From Octopus bimaculoides (Eukaryota): a stretch of 64,000 nucleotides of DNA. Location of the stretch: positions 64,805,753-64,869,752 of the forward strand of contig NC_068993.1 of NCBI RefSeq assembly GCF_001194135.2, read 5' to 3'. The notes below the pieces were generated by a model. The model searched no databases. It saw nothing but the letters and a program-made list of their open reading frames with translations, and was not told where the DNA came from. Below are positions 53,568 to 64,000 of the stretch, piece after piece; within the stretch, counting starts at the first letter, position 1, and every line of letters starts with the position of its first letter. The position numbers and the translations under genes are program-made.

Positions 53568-54576
53568 TAAATATTCATTAACCATAAGTAGTATACCTGA
53601 AACAACCCCTGGTCTGGAGTAGGACTGGACCGGACAGTAAGAGGATACAATTGGTCAGTTAATTTTCAAAAGCAAAAGGCTGGTCATAAGGAAACTGTTA
53701 CTAACTGTAGTAAAAAGGTAAACAATGTGCGTATGCTATATGGGGCGCTAAAAGTCATTTATGTCAGTAGTTTTAGAAATGTAAACGTTGAATTGAACAT
53801 TTAAGAGAATTCGTGGTACAGAGGAGGTAAATATGCAGTTATCAAGTAATTTCTATGCTTTATGCATGTATTACACTAGCGGTTAAGAATGTATATAGCT
53901 TCTATTAAATTAAGTTAGGCGACATGCATAGAGAGGCGGGCTCTAAATAATTGATATCATTATTATTACATATCTCAATAAACCTGTTGTAATATATATC
54001 TGTATATAAATACACAGGTATATATAGATATATACACACTCATACATACACACACACACATATATATATGTACTTTCCTATACAACTTTATGTATCTATA
54101 TAAGTGTATATTCATATGTGAGTGAGTATTACTAATTCGTTACGGTAATTGCTCATTTTATATATCTATCCCACGCCCCTCCCCCCTTATATAGGAATGT
54201 ATCACTTAATATTATTACTACCCTTTATTCTATACTCCGAATATCAGTCTTGTGTTTAACAAACTACTTCATTAACACAATTTAATTTATTCACTTTGAC
54301 TTTAACGTAGTCTTGCATCTCACCAAATATTTAGCCATACACTGACACACACACACATTATGTTGCACCTGTGTGCATAAGTATATTTTTCTGTTCATAC
54401 TGATTCTTATACTATTGCACACTCTTAGAGACACATCCAATCATTAACTGCTGCACGGAATACATAAGCTTTCTGTTCACTGCTGCATTCATCCTGCACG
54501 GCACAAATACGTGATGCTGTTGCATGGCTTTCTGTGCACAGTTACTAGTACATTCTCTAACAGGAGGCGTAGATAG

Positions 54577-54651
<75 letters not shown>

Positions 54652-55433
54652 GAGGATGAGTCTCATCTAAGCAGACCATTTTCATGTTACAATCTACATC
54701 CACTGAATTGATCAAACAGTACAGTACTTCTGCTTCGTTGATCAGAACGATTCGTAAATACAGCATATTGTATCTGAAGATGGAACTTCAAACATGTCAA
54801 CAAGACCATAAAGTGGGGCAGAAGTTGGATAATATCTCTGGCCACTCGAATGACCGCGTAAAGACTGATGCTTTGTTCCGTTAACCTTCATTACTCCATA
54901 TTTCTCCTATCTGCCAAGAACACAGAACTACATTCCAAATTGTATCATTTTCAAAGAAGGATTTGCTTTGAAATTTAACAGCCATCTCTACCAAGCTGAA
55001 CCATCTCACAAAGGCTTGGTCTTTGGCATCTTATTCTGAGAGTTGTGAATAAGGATGAAACATGAGAAGTGGAGCAAAGTGTACTGAGTTCAGTAATGTG
55101 TAAAAGATTTGGCTGATATAATTGGTCTGGTCAATCATCTGTCAGAAGTCTTTTAGAATATACAATAGAAAGCAATAATCAATTCCGGTTTGACAGGATT
55201 AACTAAATCTAAGATATTGTTCTACATGAAAGTGAAGAATTATATCGAACGGCAGTCTTTTCATATTTTCTTTCTTATCTTTTCGCTATTCTTTATTTTT
55301 TTATACATTTCCTTTTTCTTTTGAGGGTTGAATGGTAAAAAAAATAATAAATTGAATAATAGCGTTTTTGCAGGAACCTTCGTATGGAATATATTCAAAC
55401 TCATTTTTAGTATAATAAAAGTCAAGATCGTGC

Positions 55434-55464
<31 letters not shown>

Positions 55465-56149
55465 CATGTGTGTATGTGTGTGTGCCGAAAAACTTGAACC
55501 GCACCAATTCTGGCAGTTTATCATTTTACTGAAATAATATTTTTACTCCTTTTCCATTTTTCTTTATTTTATCATTTTCTGACAACGCTGTTTTTTCAAA
55601 ATTTTCTCGTAAATTATCAACCCAGTTCCGTTTATATGACTCACGGGTAGTGTTACTATATTCAGGGGAACAGGGACAATAGCAAATGGAAGTGGAAGCT
55701 GTCGATGTGGTAGTGTGGTAGTAGATGAAAGAACACGTCAACTCTGCACCTTTATTAAGACAACTAAGCCCCACGACCAGGCAGGAAACAAACTATTCGA
55801 AACAGTTTGAACCATTAAGTGTTCGCCGTACCTTACCTAACCTCAATTTTAATCTAGGTTTAATCTTTAATCTAGGTTTACTCTTTAATCAAGGTTTAAT
55901 CTAGGTTAGAGTATAATAATGTCGGCAATGTGTTAACGACAGATTTATTAGTTTGTCGAACAAAATGCCTTGCGATATTCTTTAGTTTTTAGTTGAACTC
56001 CGACTGAGATCGGTTTTTTTACCTTTCATTCTTCCACAATGGATAAGATAAAAGACTACTCAAGGACTGGAATCGATTTATTCCAACAACAAACCCGAAT
56101 TTCTGGACTTCTACTTTATTATCATTTAAAAACAAAAATTAAACAGATT

Positions 56150-57290
56150 TATCAACAACTGGGTAATCTTTTCTTGTTTAGCTCCTTAATCACGCAAACC
56201 AAGTTAAAGGCAAAAGCAGACGAGATAATACAGAAAGTTAAGGGGGGAAGTGAATGCCAAAATAATCCAAAAGACAGTCGAGCAGGGCCAACAAGGACAC
56301 TTGTCGATATGGGAAAGTGCACTGGAAAGAAGTCTCAGCTGAAACTATGCGCGGTGTCTGGCTCTTCTAAGAATCCACTTTATTCTCAGGCTCTATATGA
56401 CTTCTTGTCCTCGTATACGAACTTTGTGAAGCAGTGGTGTCCTTTCTACCAGCACAAATAACAAGAAAACCATGCCTTGAGCCTGTATAAAATGGTACGT
56501 CCACTTGGAGGCACAATCAAGTGCTTAAAGAGATCATATATGCGATCTGTATTGTGAGAAGGCAAAAAAAACAACGCTACCAGAAACTCCAACAATACTC
56601 TTCACGGCAGATGACAGAAAATTTTGACCTGGAACAGCTGTGCCAATCCTATCTTAGAAGAGTGGTCTGCTGGATGGAATAGCTTACTGGGAGTGCACAG
56701 CAAACCTCTAGAATGGAAAAATTATCCAGAAATCAACAAGAGTAATATGAGATCGCATTTTCAGGAAAAAAAAACAAGTGTTTCTGACTGAACTCACTGC
56801 GCCATGTAAAAGTAGGACGAAAGAAGCACAGATGCCTAACACTGAGAAGTATACCAATTAAACCAAGCAGACTTACCATAAGGGTAAGAACAAGGGGACT
56901 TGCTGGCAAACCTGCATACGATCTCATCAAACGGATTTCATTTTCTGGTAAGAGTACCAGAGCTCTAAAGGCAAAGACATAAGTAAGCGGGAAGATTTCC
57001 ATTTGGATTCGATTAAGAAGGAATAGAAGTGAACATGAGAAGGGGTAACTTGGTCTACTTACAGCTCGTGTCTGGTAGCGAAGTGTTGACCGCTAATGCG
57101 ACTTGGCTTTGAGGCATTCAATCACCTTGAAAGTTTTTTCAGTCTAAAACAGTGGCATATGGTACGATAGCAGAGGAGTGTCCAGGAATCATGACTGGAT
57201 GCAGCCCAGCCTCTCAGAAATATTTTCATGGGAGGAGCAGCTCCTTCTTTGAAGGTCCTCTACTCTTCATCCCTCCCTTAGAGTGCCGTT
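56150..57290 (+). mobile_element. HERO-like (RLE-type) non-LTR retrotransposon, decayed 3' part
   Basis: Fragments VEQGQQGHLSIWESALERSLS, ALYDFLSSYTNFVKQWCP, TWRHNQVLKE, VFLTELTAPC and RGLAGKPAYDLIK...TRALKA..SIWIRLRR resemble the HERO C-terminus (QQG.W, RYTWRHNQVL, ELTVPWE, EVGxRG). Confidence 0.75.
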
Positions 57291-57407
57291 AAACCCCGCC
57301 CTTGTTTTTTTTCAAACTAAACCATTAAAAAAAATAAGATAACAAATATGGTTTCGTCTCAGATTTATTTGTGTTTCGGGTAATAAAATATTATTTGACC
57401 CTTCACC

Positions 57408-57514
57408 TCATTTAGTTTCCTGGTGTTCAGTTGAACTAAGTCATCTCATTTAGTTTCCTGGTGTTCAGTTGAACTAAACCATCTCATTTAGTTTCCTGAT
57501 GTTCAACTAAACCA
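57408..57514 (+). repeat. 38-bp tandem repeat, ~2.8 copies
   Basis: ctcatttagtttcctggtgttcagttgaactaa(gt/ac)cat repeated directly with no spacers. Confidence 0.85.
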
Positions 57515-57666
57515 TTCTATGACTCACTTTGTGAGTGGCTGACATGTCATTCCTATTGTGACTCCTTTCCCAACAACTGCCTATTATATATGCATCTGAT
57601 GACACAAACTTCAAAACTGAACTCAAGTATAGGTTTTCCAATAAAGTTTTATGAATTTCGGCTTTG

Positions 57667-57705
<39 letters not shown>

Positions 57706-58899
57706 GTTGTTGTTGTTGTTATTTATTTATTTGTGTGTGAATGTGTGTATATATGTTATTTGATTGTTCCTTCCACTATTAACAGAGGAAGTCATAAAAT
57801 TAGATGTAGTTTCGTGTGAGAATTAATGGTTAATTCAGTTTTAGTAGAATGACATGGAAAGATGCACATACACATACATACAGATACACACACGCATATG
57901 TATATATTATAAATACATGCATGCATACATACATACATGCATGCATAAAAGTTTGGAAGTTAACAAGCGAGGAAATACTGCGATATAACGAGGCGATAAG
58001 CAAATGTTTATTAGCCTCAGTTTCAAATTACAATAAAGCAATTTAACTTATGTTTTAAATGGCTGTGCAAGTCATTAATTCTGTGGAAGATTAATCATTA
58101 AGTGTTGAAATCTTGACTTACTTCCAAAATCTACCGTTCGTTACCGTGATAAATAACATTCTCTGAAGGACGTTTACTAAACATTCATTTAGAACTATAT
58201 TTAAATTATTCTTTCATTTTAAAGACAGTCCTCGAGAGATGTCACCAGTGTAAGACTAACTTTCCCACTTCCTTTCCACCAGACTCTGGGGCTTTGTGAA
58301 GGATCTTAGGTCCTACGCTTCTTTCTCTAAGTCATTAAATAATACGACGAACGATGCACAAAGGGGACAAAGTTAATAGAAATCACTAACACAGAGTAGA
58401 ACTAGATAAAATTGTATTTGTGCAATTGTCTAATTTAAAGAACATACTCTGACAATCCATAATGTGCTGTAAAGCGTTTTGGATAATTTGAAATGCAAGC
58501 AATATATTCTTTATTAAACATACAATTTTAGCTTTGAAAATTAAACATTGTATCTACACAAAGTTTACATTTATGGAATCGATCTGATAAATATCTGGTC
58601 TTTTTAGAACTCTATCAATGCCTCACATTCTCTCTCCCTTACTCACTCTTTCCCTCCCTCTCACCCCCTCTCTCTCCCTCTATGTGAGTGTGGGTGTGTA
58701 TACAATGTACATTGCAGAAGTTTTGAGACGATTTTAGGAGAATGAAAGTTACAACTGTTCGAAATTATTATAATTTTAGTATATCCTTACTATACATTTT
58801 AATAAGCTAACTTGCCAACTGTTGTTATTCTAGATTGAAGGAGACGTTTGAAACAGTACCTTGAACACATTCTGCTAAACACTGTTTCTCACAGTTTCT

Positions 58900-59545
58900 G
58901 ACTAGTTTGCAGAATGCAGTCGAGACGTGAAGACAATTTGGAAGCATGCTATGCAAAAGAGTTTCGAATTAAGCTGAGCAAAAACGCTACACGCTACAGA
59001 AACTTATAAAACGTTCCAGGATGCTTTGGGATTAACTTGTATGAACCGAGCCCCTGTTTTTCGCTGGCACAAAAGGCCAGGAAAAGCAAGTCCACCGGGA
59101 AACTCATGCTGATCCCCTTTTTCAACAGACAGGACATCATCCACTCGGTTCCTTCTGGCGAGACTGACAGCAAAGAGTATTCTGTGGAGATGTCGAGGAA
59201 GTTCAGGAAGAGATTTCATCGCAAAAGTTCAGAGCAACTGCCCCAGTTCCATCCTGGTAAACGAATACATCAGTCTATTGTTCCATCCTGGCAATCAACT
59301 ACTCGACAGAAACAGGCGTCAAAACTATCCCTCTCCTTCCCTACACTCCAGACCTTGCTCCGTGGTAACTCTTGGTTGTTCCCAAAGTTGAAGGAGGAGA
59401 TGAAGGAGGCTGTGACAAGGATCCTGAAAATCTTCACTCTGAAGGACTTCCATGAAGCCTTCACAAAGTGGCTAGAGTGTTACAACATATGTACTGAAGT
59501 CAGAAGATCTAACTTTGAAGGAGATAGTTTGATATTTCTTTGAAA
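58900..59545 (+). mobile_element. Internally deleted mariner
   Basis: N-terminal ..KLSKNA..ETYKTFQDA..CMNRAPVFRWHK is joined directly to KARKSKSTGKLMLIPFF, then PYTPDLAP..SWLFPKL..EEMKEAVT..FHEAFTKWLECYN..FEGD. Confidence 0.85.
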
Positions 59546-59589
59546 TTAATTAATATCTCGCTTGAAAAAGTCTCAAAACGTCTGGATGA

Positions 59590-60795
59590 CCAAAATTACA
59601 TTAAAATATCTTGAAATACTAAAGAGTAAATTTATTCAATAAAATATCCATTGGCTTCAACCACAGCCTCCAGACGACTTCGAAATCTCCTGCAACTCTT
59701 CTGGACGGTCTCCGTGTTTAATTTGGTGAATGCTGCCGTAATCCTTGCCTTCAGTTCATCTTTGGTGTTACAAGGAGTTTTGTTGGTCTCTCACCGAACT
59801 TTGCCCCACACATAATTATCAAAGGAGTTGCAATCTGGAGAGTTAGGTAACCAGATTTTAGGGGTGTTGTGGTCGCAGAAATTGTCTGACAACCATGACT
59901 GGGTTCTCCTGCTTGCGTCGCATGGTGCAGAGTCCTGTTGCCAGACATAGGTTCTTCCAGCATCCACCCGCTTAACCCAGGGCAGCACTACCTCCTCCAA
60001 GCACTTGATGTAGGCCTCCGTGTTAAGTTTATGGCCGTGTGGGAAGGTGAATGGGGGCATAACGTCACCATCACTAATGATCACTCCTATGATGTTGAAC
60101 AGATGTTTGATTTTTATTACTCTTGGTACATGTTTTGGGGACACGGCAAGGCAACAGTTGTTCTCTGTGTTCACCATTTGATCCTTGCAGAAATTTTTCT
60201 CATCTGAGAAAAACCAAAGCATATTCGGTTGGAGGGGATGCTTGAGATTGTTCAAAAGCTTCGTAGTGTGGCCTTTCCTCTTGTCCTTGATGGCTTGGGA
60301 TAAAAATTGGCCCTTTCTCATCTTGTATGAGGAATAGCGAATGTCTTAATGCACTGCCTGCCTGATAAGAAACTCAGACACTCCCATGTCCCTGGCGATG
60401 ACTTGGAGGGATCGTTGTCAATCGTGATCTGGATCTCACCAACAAATTCAGGAGATCTTTTCTTATCAGAACAATCAGAGTGAGTTTTCCGAGCTGCCCC
60501 CCTACCTTCGCAATCACCATTAAACTCGTCCAACTCTTTCTGAATCTTCTGCACTGTCCTCGGGTTGACACCCACAAACTCTGAAACGTTCGTATTGGAG
60601 CTTCCGGCGCGAATTCCAAGCGGTACAGCATGTCGTTTCCAAATTTCTGGCAGTGTATTGCGTCATGGTACTGTTTTCCTTATAGACGGTGCCCAACTGA
60701 TCCTACTATACTGTGTAGACGACTAAATCAAAAACAACAATGCGTATGCGCGAAATAAAAATTATAAAATGACAATTTACTCATCGCACCCTGTA
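59590..60795 (-). mobile_element. maT-family (DD37D) Tc1/mariner-superfamily transposon, near full length, frameshifted
   Basis: ORF 59791-60321 has FFSDEKNF, VWQQDSAP and SPDCNSFDNYVW, with 37 residues between the second and third catalytic Asp by my count. 5' terminus TA-CAGGGTGCGATGAGTAAATTG at 60795. Confidence 0.88.
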
Positions 60796-60942
60796 CATTT
60801 GTGTGTGAATGTATGTTTGTATGCGTGTACGTATGCATATATCAAAACATTTTTTTTTTCTAGGGAGTATGTCAATTTATATTCATTTATATTTACACTC
60901 ATCAATAAACGTTTCATTTTCCTTTTTTGACATTTCTGCCAG

Positions 60943-61067
60943 CTCGATGTCCCGATCTTGGTCCATACGATCAAAAAATGCAGACGAAAACGTGGTATTA
61001 GAAGTAGCATTTTCAGATATTTACTTGTCTTCTGGTTGTGAAACGGATTCTGTGTCCGTCTACGACG
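60943..61067 (+). CDS. CUB exon, second exon of the cassette (lacks the CxW cysteine)
   Basis: Acceptor gacatttctgccag|C and donor GACG|gtaagt. 125 nt, phase 2-1. Translates SMSRSWSIRSKNADENVVLEVAFSDIYLSSGCETDSVSVYD(G). Confidence 0.85.
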
Positions 61068-61361
61068 GTAAGTATTGGCCTTTTTCCGTCTTTCGCTATA
61101 AACTACCACAAATTAATAGACATTATTGCTTTGTTGCTATACCTGTCTCCCATAATATGCTGTGTACATATAATGTTTTATGTTGACCAAAGCTTTTATT
61201 CCCTTTATCCTTTAGATATTTAGTTTTTCTGCCAGCTTCGCTATTAACTATTTAACTTGAAGACCGGGATCGTCGGAAACTGAGAAAGGTGTCTCTGTCT
61301 ACAAAGGTGTGGTCGTAAAATATTGATACATTTGACTACGATAGGAAATATAATGACTGAT

Positions 61362-62928
61362 GTTACACGCACGCTCACGCACCAGGTCGAGGCGGTCGAC
61401 GAATAATAAGTTGGTCGAGTGAGTCTTAATTGTGAGAAGGAAGGAAGCGAGCGATCCGGAACGAGGATCGTCGACCGCCTCGGCCTGGTGCGTGAGCGTA
61501 CGTAACACAAGGACACACACACACTCGCGGTCGATATCGCCGCCGAGACGACAGCCTACCGATTGCAGCTACAGATCGCCGGCGGCCGACGCCGCCGCCG
61601 TACCATCGTTCTGGATTCGCCTTCTCCGAACGACGCTGAGTGTACGCGGCAGCAACTGCCCGGCGATGGTAGGCGTGTCCTGCCGCTGCATGGCAGATTG
61701 CGTAAGCATCGAAATGCCGTCTCTCGACCACCTTATTATCCATCAACCGCCTCGGCCGCTTGCGTGAACGTGCATAAGCGTGCCAAATACACGAACACAC
61801 ACACTCGCGATCGGTATCGCCGCCGAGACGACGGCCTTTCAATCACCACCGAAGTGTTGACTTGGATTCGCTCACTCTGAAATACGCTGCGTGAATGCGG
61901 CGGCGACCACCCGGTGACTCCCGGGTGACCGTCGGTGTGTCACGCCCAGGCGTGGCCGACCACGAAACCATTGAACTGCTGTCTCTTGCTCCTTAATATA
62001 TTCCGAACCTCCTTGAGGTGTCATAGTATCTAGAGCCGTGAGTGTCCTGGGTGGTCCGACCCGCAATATTGTGGGTCGGACAGCGTCGCGGTATCGACCG
62101 CGTCGGTCACGCGGCTCCGGACGACCCCTAGACGACGGACTTTCGGTCGCACCTCCGCATCGACGGCTGCAGCCGCCGCTGAATTGTCGGCCGGCTCTTT
62201 CTTCGCTCCCGATCGCTCGCTTGCTTCCTTCTCACTGCTAAAATTCACTCGTCCAAATTATTATTCGTCGACCACCTCGGCCTGGTGCGAGTGTAACACA
62301 CGGACACACACACTCGCGGTCGGCATCGCCGCCGAGACGACAGCCTATCGATTGCAGCAACGGATCGCCGGTGGCCGCTGCCGCCGAACCGTCGTTCTAG
62401 ATTCGCTCGCTCTGAACAACGCTGCATGTACGCGGCAGCTACCACCCGGCGACTGTTGGCGTGTCCCGCCGCTGCGTGGCAGACTGCGTAAGCCGCAATT
62501 TGGTGGGTCGGACACCGTCTCGGTATCGTCCGCATCTGTCACGCAACTCGGGACGCCGCCTAGACGACGGACTTTCGATCGCACAGCCGCTGATCCCTCG
62601 CTGCAATCAATAGGCTGTCGTCTCGGCGGCGATACCGACCGGGAGTGTGTGTGTCCGTGTGTTACGCACGCTCACGCAACAGGCCGAGGCGGTCAACGAA
62701 TAAGTTGATCGAGTGAGTCTTAGCAGTGAGAAAGAAGCAGGCGTGCGATCGGGAGCGAGGAAACAGCTGGCCGACACTTCGGCGGCGGTCCCAGCCGGCG
62801 ATGCGGCGGCGCGAAAGTCCGTCGTCAAAGTGGCGTCCCGAGCCGCGTGACAGACACGGTCGATACGGCGACGCTGTCTGACCCACCAAATTGCGGGTCG
62901 GACCACTCGGGACACTCACGGCTCTAGA
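61362..62928. mobile_element. GC/CpG-rich modular foldback element, unclassified
   Basis: 900-bp inverted structure 62029-62928 bounded by TCTAGAGCCGTGAGTGTCC / GGACACTCACGGCTCTAGA. Further direct and inverted copies of the same modules lie at 61362-61840. Confidence 0.8.
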
Positions 62929-62936
62929 TGACAAGC

Positions 62937-64000
62937 TCGTTCATGCGTTCGTTCGTTTGTTCTTACGTACGTACGTTCGTTCGTTCATTCCCTCGTTCTT
63001 TTGTTCGTTCATTCGTTCGTTCGTTCGTTCTTTCGTTCGTTAGTTTGTACATTTGTCCGCTCGTTCGGTCTTTTCTTCGTTCGTTCGTTCGTTTGTTCTT
63101 TCGTTTGTTCGTTCTTTCGTTCGTTTGTTCATTCGTTCGTTCGTTCTTACGTACGTACGTCCTTTCGTTTGTTCGTTCTTTCGTTCGTTTGTTCATTCGT
63201 TCGTTCTTACGTACGTACGTTCGTTCGTTCGTTCATTCGTACGTACGTACGTTGGTTCTTTTGTTTCTACGTACATACGTTCGTTCATTCGTGCGTTCGT
63301 TCGTACGTACGTTCGTTCGTTCATTCGTTCGATCGTTATTTTGTTCTTTCGTTCGTTCGTTCATTCGAACGTACGTACGTTCGTTCGTTCTTTCGTTCGT
63401 ACATACGTACGTTCGTTTGTACCTTCGTCCGTTCGTTCGGTCATTCGTTCGTTCGTTCGTTCTTTGGTACGTACGTACGTACGTTCGTTCGGTATTTCGT
63501 GCCTTCGTTTATACGTACGTACGTACGTTCGTTCGTTCGTCCTTACGTTCGTTCGTTCGGTCGTTAGTTCGTTCTTTCGTTCCTTCGTTCGTACGTACGT
63601 ACGTTCGTTCTTTAGTTTGTATCTTCGTCCGTTCGTTCGTTCGTTTGTTCCTAGGTACGTACGTACGTACGTTCCTTCGTTCGTACGTAGGTACGGTCGT
63701 TCGTAGGTACGGTCGTTCGTAGGTACGGTCGTTCGTTGGTTCGTTCGTTCGTTCATTCGTTCGTACGTACATACGTAAGTTTGTTCGTACGTACTTACGT
63801 TCGTCCGTCCGTTCGTTCATTCGGTCATTCTTACGTACGTACGTAGGTACGTACGTTTGTTCTTTCTTTCTTTCGAACGTTCGGTCGTACGTACGTGCGT
63901 TCGTTCGTTTGTAATTACGTATGTACGTACGTACGTTTATTCGTTCGTTCGTTCGTTCGTTCATTCTTACGTACGAACGTACGTACGTTCATTCGTTCGA
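62937..64000 (+). repeat. CpG-rich mosaic tetranucleotide array (TTCG/TACG)n, running off the window end
   Basis: More than 1 kb of interspersed TTCG, TACG, TTCA, TTTG and TTCT units. Confidence 0.95.

Larger units (their letters stand above)
2277..61067 (+). other. Multi-CUB-domain protein gene (cubilin/tolloid-like CUB array), partial; both ends lie outside the window
   Basis: Seven exons (2277-45609) splice in frame to GTTTNAELLGKKCGNQ...FYSEKK-E-AQCKDID...SSPEFPRIYR-S-MRSCSWLL...LAVYD-G-NSRRDGLLGVVCG...AAYYSERK-A-EECIGSS...TPSFPTPFK-K-NSKKSSHCAWVI...ISVYD-G-DLVPNRFLGMSCG...GFLGSYYSVP. An eighth exon (...SVSVYD-G) follows after a phase gap. Hallmark CUB motifs (SPxFP, CxWxI, VYDG, CG, GF..xYY) recur. 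A specific ortholog cannot be named. Confidence 0.85.

Noticed and set aside
57408-57514. CRISPR-like 38-bp repeats (also the SINE array at 31.6-32.3 kb)
   Set aside because: No unique spacers, no cas genes, and a eukaryotic context.
58229-58300. Alternative candidate for the missing CUB exon (LERCHQCKTNFPTSFPPD)
   Set aside because: Poor acceptor and donor, and the motif spacing does not match the paralogous exons.
2277-61067. Naming the gene CUBN, BMP1/TLL or DMBT1
   Set aside because: Only divergent CUB domains are visible, with no EGF, astacin, SRCR or ZP domain to discriminate.
61426-62934. Arg/Ala-rich ORFs of 64-174 aa in the GC-rich element
   Set aside because: Expected from high GC and repeats. 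They overlap on both strands, and homologous modules are read in different frames.
62928-63964. Long ORFs (up to 264 aa) rich in RSFV/TNER
   Set aside because: Translations of the TTCG/TACG array, which happens to lack stops; no coding signal.

Overview
AT-rich, microsatellite-dense animal genomic DNA with ten N-gaps from a short-read-type assembly. The SINE families and repeat style suggest an octopus (coleoid cephalopod); this is inference. The window lies entirely inside one large + strand gene encoding a tandem multi-CUB-domain extracellular protein. Eight exons are recoverable (2277-2429, 6338-6428, 17761-17885, 22656-22805, 38807-38897, 43480-43613, 45460-45609, 60943-61067). Each CUB is built from a repeating three-exon cassette (91 / 125-134 / 150-153 nt). 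One intron appears to use a GC donor, and one required exon is not found. None of these exons is recognisable from the ORF track alone, and most listed ORFs are microsatellite or N artefacts. The introns hold decayed mobile elements: three mariners, a DD37D maT element, pogo, RTE, R4/Dong-like and HERO-like RLE retrotransposons, a Penelope GIY-YIG fragment, and at least two tRNA-SINE families including a head-to-tail array. Unexplained structure includes two 300-480 bp near-perfect palindromes, a hammerhead-ribozyme-like motif, and a GC/CpG-rich modular foldback element next to a >1 kb CpG-rich tetranucleotide array at the right end. There are no rRNA, true tRNA or CRISPR features. I see no clear evidence of a wholly new system; the best candidates for follow-up are the foldback/CpG array, the palindromes and the divergent CUB gene.
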